A DNA stretch of 32,000 bases from Candidatus Heimdallarchaeota archaeon (GTDB taxonomy: Archaea; Asgardarchaeota; Heimdallarchaeia; Heimdallarchaeales; Heimdallarchaeaceae), in the NCBI GenBank assembly GCA_030668875.1, contig DAOVER010000030.1:1-32000 (forward strand), given 5' to 3'. Of the stretch, positions 7,491-15,849 are shown piece by piece; position 1 is the first letter of the stretch, and every line of letters begins with the position of its first letter. The position numbers were made by a program, and so were the translations under genes. Under the pieces are notes generated by a model, which saw nothing but the letters and a program-made list of their open reading frames with translations, ran no database searches and was not told the DNA's origin.

Positions 7491-9743
7491 TTATTCTTTC
7501 TTTTTCTTATATGTTCTAATTTGTAAATGTCCTACAGCTAGAACTGCAAGAGTTATAACGGTCATTAGGGGTGAAATTGGTATTGTTCCTACATTTAGTT
7601 CAACGATGATACTATCTGTTATGATGCAATTTCCCCAAGTATCAAAAACGTATATTTGGTAGCTAAAGAAACTTATATTCTCTGGAATCTGAAGAGTGAA
7701 TATATACTTATCTAAATCATCATCATAGATGGTTTCGTTTTTCCATCCTTCACCGAAATCATAAGATAAAATCACTTTGTCTATTCCAGATTCATCTGAT
7801 GCTTCTACGGTTATTTCTACCTCCTCTCCACTTTTAGGTTTTTTAGGATCAAGTTTGATATCTATTATTTCTGGTGCAAGTTCTTCATGAAAGATTAAAC
7901 TCTTTGTAGCTGATATGCGACTGTTGCCTTCGTTATCTGTTGCATAAATCTTATACATAAGACACCTTACTGATTCTTCATTAGATATACTTACAGAATA
8001 TATATTTTCTCCTGATTCTGACATTGAAACATTTGTCCACCCTGAAGTTGTATTATATGACAGAATAACTTCTGCTAACCCATGTCCATCAATTATTTCA
8101 CTATAAAAACCTACATTTGCACCAAATCCAGGACTTTCAGGTGTTGTTGTAATAGTGGAGAAGTAGGGTCTACTGTCAATATTTATCGATAATTCATAGC
8201 TATAGTTTAAGCTGTAACCATCTATAATTACGCCTAAATATGCTGAACAATTTTCTGTAGCGACATATTGCACCTCTTTTGGATCATCTGATGTGTCGTC
8301 ATAATCCACTATCCGTCCTAATGCATTGTACATATAGATGTTTAGTTCCCCTAAATCATCTGCAGTGAGCTCTGCAGTAATTTTGTCACCTGCAACAAGG
8401 TTTACTGCAAAATACTCATCTATTGTTGCTGTAACGATTTTTGTTTCATCATCACTTAGGGTGTAAAGCGCATCTGGTAGGGCATCGCGCCAAGCGTAAA
8501 TAAATTCTCCCCAACTACTGTTAATAGCGAAATCTAAACCATAATAAGGATTAGGACTCTGATTTACGTATTGATCACCACTATTAGCATAAAACTTTTG
8601 GTAGTCTTCATTAGGTATCCTTGGGAAATAAATCCACAACCCAAAGGGGTGCACCGGGTAAGAAGAATAACTCATGATATTAATGTCCTCAAGAGCTGTT
8701 TGAGTTTCTGATGCTTGTTGTACGATTTCTATTGAGGTACTATCTTGTAGGTTTACAACAAATTCGTAAAGTTCAGCACCATAGTTGGGATAACCGTCAG
8801 AATTCGCTAACTCACGCGCAAGACCTATTTCTTCTGCATAAGTATCCAGATTATCAATAAGTACTATAGCGAGTTCATCTATCTCTGTTTGAACATAAGT
8901 CATATCAGTTGTATTCCAGATGCCAAAAGCAACTCCTAAACCATATTGATCCACATATGTTGTGCAAATATGTTCTCCCAAAACATCACCAGTCATGTAA
9001 GGATCAGCTAAGAGATAAGGTAAGAAGTTTTCATAGTCCCATCCATCTCCTGGTTCATTTAACAATGAAACACCAACATAATCGGCGCTAGGACTTATTT
9101 CATAGACAATTTCGTATTGACCCATTATACATGCATCCATACCAATGAAATCAAAATGATATCCATCAAGTGCTTCTTGGAGTTCATTAATGCCTATGCA
9201 ATTATCATTGTTGTCCCAATCCCAACATATGCCCTCTAGACCACCACCATGATCCCAAAGACTAAGACCATATCTTTCTGCAGGGTAATTAGTCATAACA
9301 AAATCAACAAAGTTGGTGAGTGTCTCTCCCTTACCCATATTCAATTCTCCCTCTTCGCTAATCAAAGTAGATTCTATCTCTATATCATCAGAACCTGCTT
9401 CAATGTAGTAAATTCTTGCCTCAGTCCACGTTACACCATACTCTGAATCACCACCGCTATCGCTTTCACATAAGTCAACTAAAACTATGATATTAACATC
9501 AGCTGTTGACCCACCTGCTGCTTCCATCTCATTGATGTCATCAAGGGCTGCTGCTTCAAGATTGTTATCCCCATCTAAGTAAACCATAAAGGTCCATTCT
9601 TTCATTACAGGAGCATCATCTAGTCTAGACATTTCTCCTGAGCTAGTATGATCAGCTGAATGAGCACTGATAGAACTTGTAGACGAAGAATGTAGTACTA
9701 ATAAACCTAATAACATGAAATAAACTGCTTGCTTCTTAATCAT
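7491..9743 (-). CDS. Surface-anchored clostripain-family (C11) cysteine peptidase with Ig-like C-terminal domains
   Basis: KEWTFMVYLDGDNNLE, E.NMG....L..F, LWDHGGG (His), DFIGMDACIMG (Cys); signal peptide; C-terminal TM plus RTYKKKKE. Confidence 0.9.
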   Translation of the reverse strand: MIKKQAVYFMLLGLLVLHSSSTSSISAHSADHTSSGEMSRLDDAPVMKEWTFMVYLDGDNNLEAAALDDINEMEAAGGSTADVNIIVLVDLCESDSGGDSEYGVTWTEARIYYIEAGSDDIEIESTLISEEGELNMGKGETLTNFVDFVMTNYPAERYGLSLWDHGGGLEGICWDWDNNDNCIGINELQEALDGYHFDFIGMDACIMGQYEIVYEISPSADYVGVSLLNEPGDGWDYENFLPYLLADPYMTGDVLGEHICTTYVDQYGLGVAFGIWNTTDMTYVQTEIDELAIVLIDNLDTYAEEIGLARELANSDGYPNYGAELYEFVVNLQDSTSIEIVQQASETQTALEDINIMSYSSYPVHPFGLWIYFPRIPNEDYQKFYANSGDQYVNQSPNPYYGLDFAINSSWGEFIYAWRDALPDALYTLSDDETKIVTATIDEYFAVNLVAGDKITAELTADDLGELNIYMYNALGRIVDYDDTSDDPKEVQYVATENCSAYLGVIIDGYSLNYSYELSINIDSRPYFSTITTTPESPGFGANVGFYSEIIDGHGLAEVILSYNTTSGWTNVSMSESGENIYSVSISNEESVRCLMYKIYATDNEGNSRISATKSLIFHEELAPEIIDIKLDPKKPKSGEEVEITVEASDESGIDKVILSYDFGEGWKNETIYDDDLDKYIFTLQIPENISFFSYQIYVFDTWGNCIITDSIIVELNVGTIPISPLMTVITLAVLAVGHLQIRTYKKKKE

Positions 9744-10017
9744 AAAGTGGATATTGTTTTGACCCTTTTATTTTTTTTGGAAGCACTCCAGCTGTTCATT
9801 CTATCATGAATTGAGCTTCAAGTCTCTTTCACCTAAAAATTGTGGTTATTTCATTAAATACTTATTATTGAGTGGCCTAGTTATGATAGTTATTGTGTCA
9901 TTCTATCTATGTGGAAAAAGAAGGGAGGATGAAATGTTTTAACAAAAAATGTGCTTATTTTGCTTCCACTGAATTTTTGCTAATTTTACATTTCACCCTA
10001 GTAACGAAGGTTTTCAG

Positions 10018-10617
10018 TTATACTATGTAGAAAGTTACAGGGAATATTCCTATAGTTAGTAATCCCCAAGTAGGATCGTCTACTCTCCAATGAATCTCAA
10101 GACAGTATGTACCTCTAGCTAGTTCCTCAGGTTTGAATAATACACCTTGCATGTACCACCAAACAGCTCCAAATTCTGAAAAAATAGCTGTTTTAATAGC
10201 AGTTCGTCGAGTTTCTAGTTCAACACCATTAAGTAATATCCCCATTGAAAACCATGAAAGAGCTTCAATCAATCCCCAATTGTTTTGAGGGAGACCAAAA
10301 TAAGGCAACCAAGCCAAATCGCTTTCTTGCATAGCGTCACCCTGATAGATTCCATGAGCATCTTCATATCGGAATGATTCTCCGTCAGACTTCAAAGAAA
10401 TTCTTCCAGCTGCACCGGCTATAGGAGCTGCCAAGGGTTCAAGCCACCATTCATTTTCTCCAGGACTATATTGTATAGCCATTGTTCCTCCTAGAGTTGT
10501 TTGAAAGTTAGCTAAAATGTCACCATAAGTTATGATACCTGTTTTAGCTGTGGCAACAGGGAGTAAAGCAAATATTCCACATAACATTACAACATAAGTT
10601 AGTTTTCGTAGTTTCAT
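10018..10617 (-). CDS. Hypothetical secreted protein
   Basis: SD GGTGGTGA before ATG 10617; signal peptide MKLRKLTYVVMLCGIFALLPVATA; no C-terminal anchor. Confidence 0.75.
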   Translation of the reverse strand: MKLRKLTYVVMLCGIFALLPVATAKTGIITYGDILANFQTTLGGTMAIQYSPGENEWWLEPLAAPIAGAAGRISLKSDGESFRYEDAHGIYQGDAMQESDLAWLPYFGLPQNNWGLIEALSWFSMGILLNGVELETRRTAIKTAIFSEFGAVWWYMQGVLFKPEELARGTYCLEIHWRVDDPTWGLLTIGIFPVTFYIV

Positions 10618-11039
10618 TCTTTTCACCACCAAAGCTCAATTGAACTTTAGTAAAGATAACTTACATCGTTTAACTGAAAAAGGATATGTGAAAAGTACTA
10701 ATGCAACGATTCTGCAACTTTTAATTACAGCCCTATTTTCTCGCTGATTTGTAATTAGAAGAGGTGAAATGCCTGTCTGGGTTTAATAATATGATTCTAC
10801 AGAACATTAATATACTTTCCAATATATTATACTTTTAGAAAATTATGAAAAAAATATCCTAATCATGTATGGACCAAACATGGAGGAAGACACTTATACT
10901 CGCCAAAACGCTACAACGATGATTGCTCCTGTCATCATATTGACAATTGTAAGGATATAACCATGCGATTTCTTTCCTTCTATTATTTTCTTTTTAGAAA
11001 AAACATTTAACCCCATTCCTTTATTTATTATATGATAAT

Positions 11040-12158
11040 ATGAGTAACACTGATATTAAACCCAAACCAAAACTCTCTTTCTTTCTTAAGAATCTTAGAT
11101 TGCTTTGGAAATTAAAACGAGCCAATAGGAAGGTTGGTGAGGATTTTGTTAATGCCAACAAGAAGCTTCTAGAGCCTATCTATCCTGTTTCTGAAGGTAA
11201 TAAAGGACCCATGGAAGAGGGTATGATTTATGTTATGTTTAACTCTGAAGGAAAAGAAGATCCGATCAAGATTAATACTGTTTTCAGGTTTTTCTGGGTT
11301 GATTCTCCTTCTCTTCGTTTATCTGTTCTCGATTCTTATATTGTTTCGGAAAAATTTTCTTCTAGACAGTGGGAAACATTCTACCCCAAAGGAGTTCTAT
11401 TAAATAAATCAAAAAATCGTTATCATCAAGAAGTTGCTGAACCTGAACTTGATTTTCTTATCGATGGCACTTGGGAAGAAGGTTATACCTTTGAGTTCCA
11501 TGATAAAAAACTAGATATGAAAGCTAAATTGACTTATACTCCTCTTACCCCCAAGGGGATCTTAGTCTATTATAATGGTAGAATGGCTATTAGTCCTTCT
11601 ATGGCACAAGAATTCTATGATAGTTTTGCTTTCAAAGTTACAGGAGAATTTATTGTAGAAGGTAAGAAAGTAGAAATCAAAAATGGGCGAGGAATTATTG
11701 AGCATGGGACAGGTATATTTTCTATTCTAAATATATACGACTGGCGATGGCTTAACCTTCAATTTCCAGAAGGATCTATTCATTTATTCTATCATTCACT
11801 AGATATAAAGGACGAAGGAATATTTGAAGCAGGAGAAGGTGCTTTAGTTATGAATGATGAATGGTTCCATTTTCAACCATATGACTTCATGATAGAAGAG
11901 CAAGGCTACTCTGAAGATGAGAATATCCCCTCCAAAGTGCCAACAGAGTGGAAAGTAACTGGAGGAAAAGATGAGACAGGCAAACCTCTCTTAGTCTTGA
12001 AAGTTACAACTAATGCTAAAATAACTTGGATTGGTAAACTTGGTAAAGAAAACCAATTTATCACTAATTATGTTTTAACTGCTGAAGGTACCTGGAAAGG
12101 CAAGAAGATTAAAGGAAAAGGAACTATGGAGAATATAATGCATAGAATAATAGAGTAA
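11040..12158 (+). CDS. Uncharacterised protein, tentatively tocopherol-cyclase/AttH (lipocalin-like beta-barrel) fold
   Basis: 372-aa clean ORF; beta-rich VTGEFIVEGKKVEIKNGRGIIEHGTG and YDWRWLNLQF resemble that superfamily (recognition by eye). Confidence 0.6.
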   Translation: MSNTDIKPKPKLSFFLKNLRLLWKLKRANRKVGEDFVNANKKLLEPIYPVSEGNKGPMEEGMIYVMFNSEGKEDPIKINTVFRFFWVDSPSLRLSVLDSYIVSEKFSSRQWETFYPKGVLLNKSKNRYHQEVAEPELDFLIDGTWEEGYTFEFHDKKLDMKAKLTYTPLTPKGILVYYNGRMAISPSMAQEFYDSFAFKVTGEFIVEGKKVEIKNGRGIIEHGTGIFSILNIYDWRWLNLQFPEGSIHLFYHSLDIKDEGIFEAGEGALVMNDEWFHFQPYDFMIEEQGYSEDENIPSKVPTEWKVTGGKDETGKPLLVLKVTTNAKITWIGKLGKENQFITNYVLTAEGTWKGKKIKGKGTMENIMHRIIE

Positions 12159-12407
12159 ATAATCACTATTTACTCCGCTTCTATTGCGAACTTTCTCCTA
12201 TGTTATTAATGAGACAAGGAGATAGAATGTATTCATTATACCTAAACTAATTTTTCTCTCATTTAATTCTTCTGTACAATTAACTCTTGTCAATCTATTT
12301 AATAATTCAATACTTCCTTTCTTAAAATTGAGGTTTTTTTCTCTTCCTAATCTATGACTACTAAATGTGAGTAATAATCTTACTAGATTGCAATTGAGAA
12401 TTTATTT

Positions 12408-14399
12408 TTAATTGGGAAAATACTGACTATTCTTTCGTCGTATATGGCAAAGAGTAACAAAGGACGCAAATAAAATTACGAAATAACCTTTTAGAATAGT
12501 AAACTCACCTATTATTACTACTGTTGGTTCATTTAAGGGATAAGGATCAATAGAAGAAGAAGAGCCAGTTATTAGATAATCACCCGTTCCACTATAATCC
12601 GACCAGTAATTTCCTTCATTAGTTTCAGGGTCATACCAAGTATTATTGATCCCATCATCATAAGCTTGTACGGGGTTACTATTATTGACGAATGTATTAT
12701 GGTGAATAAGGTTGTTATCTGAACCAGTCAAATAAACACCATAACCATTATCGATAATAAGATTCCAAGAAAGAAGATTGAAGTCAGAAGAAGCAAGACG
12801 GATACCATGGTTAGTATTCGAGCTAAATATATTGTCCGTCAAAGAATTATTATTTGAATCATAAGTATCGATGCCCATCAGATTATTTGAGTTGCAGGTA
12901 TTATTTGTTAAAAAATTAAAATTAGAAGAATAAACAAGATTGACGCCTATATCATTATTTGAACAATCATTATCCATCAAAGAATTACTAGAAGATGAAG
13001 AAATATACATGCCTTGATGATCATTTGAATTGCATAAATTATCCGTCATAGAATTAAAGTCAGAAGAAGTATAAAGACAAATGCCCCAGCCATTATTTGA
13101 ACAATCATTATCCGTCAAAGAATTATTATTAGAATTGTAAAGGTGGACGGCATAAAAATCATTTAAGGTGAATGTATTGTTCATTAAAGAATTACTAGAA
13201 GAAAAACGAAGAGAGGTACCATGACGATAATTTGAGGTACATATATTGTCCGTCAAAGAATTATTATTAGAATAATCATGAAGATAGATGCCATGGTAAG
13301 TATTAAATCTGCAAGTATTTTTCGTTAAAGAATTGTTATTAGAAAAATCATAAAGATAAACTCCATGATAATTACTTGAGCAATTATTGTTCATCAAGGA
13401 ATTGAAGTCTGAAGATTCAATATAGAATCCGTATTCTTCATTTAAGACGCATGTATTATTCGTTAAAGAATTATTATTAGAAAGTTCAATATATATGCCT
13501 TGATAATTATTTGAATTGCAATTATTATTTATCAAAGAATTAAAGTTACAAGAATCATAAAGACGGATGCCCCAGCCATTATCTAAACAATCATTGTCCG
13601 TCAAAGAATTATCATTAGAAGAATCATAAAGATAGATTCCATAAAAAGAATTAAAGGTACACATATTGTCTGTCAAAGAATTATTATTAGAAGAAACAAG
13701 ATAGATCCCATAACCATTGTTTGTACATAGATTCCTTTCCAAAGAATTATTATCTGAAAAATGAAGATAGATACCTTGATGAGGATTATCAGAACAATTA
13801 TTGTCCGTCAAAGAATTGTTATTAGAAGAAGCAAGATAGATCCCATGGTAATCATTTAAGTTGCAGGTATTATTCGTCAAAGAATTGTTATTAGAAGAAG
13901 CAAGATGGATCCCATAGCTATTATTTTGGCAGAAATTATTTTCTATCTTAGCAGTACCAGATGCAACACTATCAATGTAAATTCCATAAATACTAGCTAC
14001 TCCTCCTGTATCAATAGAATTATTGCGGATAAAGAAATGTTTAGTGGTACCACTGATATAGATTCCATGGACACCAGAAGTATTTATTTCCCACCCTTCA
14101 ATAATATATGGGTCTCCAGAAGTACCTGAACCACTTGCTACACCATTTGCAGAAGTGAAGTCAGTATTATTATTTATCTCAATAGGCGCATGAGCAGAAT
14201 AAGAGTAATCTAAAGAAAGCTGATAATCCATTGAACCTAAGGTTAAAGAACCACCCACTTCTGTTGTAGAACAACTTTGTATTGTTGTTTGATTATCTTG
14301 TCCATAAGTCTGTGAAGAGGATAAAATTAACCCTCCTACCAAACATAGTACAAGAAGGTAATATCTGATTGATTTGTGAGATTCTAACATTGAAAACAT
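12408..14399 (-). CDS. NosD-type right-handed parallel beta-helix surface protein
   Basis: H.PI.I..N.DF, GSGT..DPYIIEG N-cap; many GIYL.SS.NNSL..N.C..N repeats; HHNTF.NN, EGNYWSDY, DPYPL; signal peptide and GEF-TM-RRK tail. Confidence 0.9.
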   Translation of the reverse strand: MFSMLESHKSIRYYLLVLCLVGGLILSSSQTYGQDNQTTIQSCSTTEVGGSLTLGSMDYQLSLDYSYSAHAPIEINNNTDFTSANGVASGSGTSGDPYIIEGWEINTSGVHGIYISGTTKHFFIRNNSIDTGGVASIYGIYIDSVASGTAKIENNFCQNNSYGIHLASSNNNSLTNNTCNLNDYHGIYLASSNNNSLTDNNCSDNPHQGIYLHFSDNNSLERNLCTNNGYGIYLVSSNNNSLTDNMCTFNSFYGIYLYDSSNDNSLTDNDCLDNGWGIRLYDSCNFNSLINNNCNSNNYQGIYIELSNNNSLTNNTCVLNEEYGFYIESSDFNSLMNNNCSSNYHGVYLYDFSNNNSLTKNTCRFNTYHGIYLHDYSNNNSLTDNICTSNYRHGTSLRFSSSNSLMNNTFTLNDFYAVHLYNSNNNSLTDNDCSNNGWGICLYTSSDFNSMTDNLCNSNDHQGMYISSSSSNSLMDNDCSNNDIGVNLVYSSNFNFLTNNTCNSNNLMGIDTYDSNNNSLTDNIFSSNTNHGIRLASSDFNLLSWNLIIDNGYGVYLTGSDNNLIHHNTFVNNSNPVQAYDDGINNTWYDPETNEGNYWSDYSGTGDYLITGSSSSIDPYPLNEPTVVIIGEFTILKGYFVILFASFVTLCHIRRKNSQYFPN
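12770..13920 (-). repeat. Intragenic 66-69 nt (22-23 aa) tandem repeats encoding beta-helix coils
   Basis: Core AAAGAATT(A/G)TTATT recurs at about 12841, 13117, 13255, 13327, 13465 and onward, in frame with the NNSLT.N.C repeats. Confidence 0.85.
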
Positions 14400-14484
14400 A
14401 AAATTATTCCAACCTACCTACCTTTAGTAAGTTACTTTTTCCTTTTAAGGATTATGGAAAATGGGCCTTTGAGATAATATATAC

Positions 14485-14551
14485 ATAAAAAAGGAGTTAA
14501 TAAGATTTAACTCTTTATGCTTTTCTGCTATTTTTTCTGCCATTACGTCTA
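14485..14551 (-). repeat. Copy of the fprA 3' end including its T-tract
   Basis: 14502-14551 vs 15856-15905 = 47/50 identical (encodes DVMAEKIAEKHKELNL); similarity extends to ATAAAAAAGG at 14485 vs 15837. Confidence 0.95.
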
Positions 14552-14619
14552 CTTGGAAAGGCAAGAAGATTAAAGGAAAAGGAACTATGGAGAATATAAT
14601 GCATAGAATAATAGAATAA
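14551..14619 (+). repeat. Copy of the last 23 codons of gene 11040..12158
   Basis: 14551-14619 vs 12090-12158 = 67/69 identical; both mismatches synonymous (ACT/ACC, GAA/GAG); ends exactly at TAA. Confidence 0.95.
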
Positions 14620-14667
14620 TTTGCTGAATATCTTGGAATGATCATATTATAGGTTGTGGATGTTTTT

Positions 14668-15537
14668 TTACATCTCTTCAAGAATTGTTTTTTTGATTGT
14701 TTGTGTGAATTCATATACACTTGGTTTGGTATGACAGTAATCATATGATTGTATATCGATAAACTTGCTGTTTAATATTAATTCATGAATCATTTGAATT
14801 TCATCAGATTCATGATATTTATCATCTGGTGTTCTAACAATGAAAACAGGAATCTTCATTTTCTTAAAATCCTCTGTTGCATCCCAATAATGTAAATCTC
14901 TACAAGGTTTCCATCTTTGTAGATCAGCATTTTTGATTCTGTCATAGAAGACTTGTTTTTGAAACCCATCAGCTACTTTATTCCTAAAATATATTCTAGC
15001 AACCAGCTTTCCTAGAGAATTCAACACAAAAGCAGGAAATAAGGAAAAGATATTTATTAATTTACTTGGAGCTCGTGGTTTTCTAGCTGGGCCTGTCAAG
15101 AAACAACCTTTTGATGTAATCATGTTTTGCCCTACTAGGTGTGCAACATAACTTGCACCAATACTAGAGCCAAAAAGAACTAATTTCTTTTCATCAAGCT
15201 TTAGAAATTTAATTGCTTCAGCTAAATCAAGAGCAATTCGATGAACTGAACACTCACTGCTTTTCATCAATTTATTAGACTTCTTCTCTCTTGGATCAAC
15301 AATAACTAGATTGAATTCTTGATGTAAAGCATCCCAAAAGTCATTCCAAGTGAAATATCCTGATGCGAAACCTTGAACAAAGAAAAAGACAATATCAGAT
15401 TTCGTTTTGTCACCTAAGGAATACTGACAAAAAATTTTTTGACCATCAGACATTTGGATATAAACTTTGCTTGATTCTTTAAGGAAAATAGTGTCCTGAG
15501 TTTCTTTTTCTACACATGAATTTCTTTTCATATACAT
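14668..15537 (-). CDS. Alpha/beta-fold hydrolase
   Basis: FFVQGFASG oxyanion loop, VIVDPRE, nucleophile elbow LFGSSIGAS, PVFIVRTPDDK, late His in YCHTKP. Confidence 0.85.
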   Translation of the reverse strand: MYMKRNSCVEKETQDTIFLKESSKVYIQMSDGQKIFCQYSLGDKTKSDIVFFFVQGFASGYFTWNDFWDALHQEFNLVIVDPREKKSNKLMKSSECSVHRIALDLAEAIKFLKLDEKKLVLFGSSIGASYVAHLVGQNMITSKGCFLTGPARKPRAPSKLINIFSLFPAFVLNSLGKLVARIYFRNKVADGFQKQVFYDRIKNADLQRWKPCRDLHYWDATEDFKKMKIPVFIVRTPDDKYHESDEIQMIHELILNSKFIDIQSYDYCHTKPSVYEFTQTIKKTILEEM

Positions 15538-15708
15538 ACTTCCTTTAAGTCTATGTGAGGAAACAATGTAATCTAAAGCTTTTAACTCCTGTAGATAATA
15601 TTACTTAGTGAGTGATTTTCCAATTTAAAACATTTTTTGTCTTTATTTCTTTCTTAGTTACATTTTATATCAGAGGAAAGTGTTTTGTTCTAACAACAAG
15701 GCACACCA

Positions 15709-15834
15709 TTAAAACAATCGAATCGATTTCTATGTTAATCTCTATATTATTTTATCATTTTTGTCTCTCTTCTGTACAATCACATTTTCCAACTCAAGTT
15801 GCTTCAAGAATTTCATTATTCCGAGGGGTCTCAA
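15709..15834 (-). pseudogene. Degraded coding remnant, possibly the end of a winged-helix protein
   Basis: LRPLGIMKFLKQLELENVIVQKRDKNDKII*RLT*KSIRLF*; a diverged homologous copy lies at about 12241-12300 (37/60 ungapped identity with 15741-15800). Confidence 0.35.
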
Positions 15835-15849
15835 TGATAAAAAAGGGAT

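Noticed and set aside
12770-13920. CRISPR array
   Set aside because: Repeats are degenerate, multiples of 3, lie inside a CDS and have no unique spacers or cas genes
14445-14744. 99-aa ORF containing MAEKIAEKHKELNL
   Set aside because: Artefact of the chimeric repeat: antisense of the 11040 copy read into the fprA copy, overlapping the hydrolase end
15730-15744. Two in-frame TAGs as pyrrolysine or recoding
   Set aside because: All intact genes use standard stops including TAG; the surrounding frame is decayed
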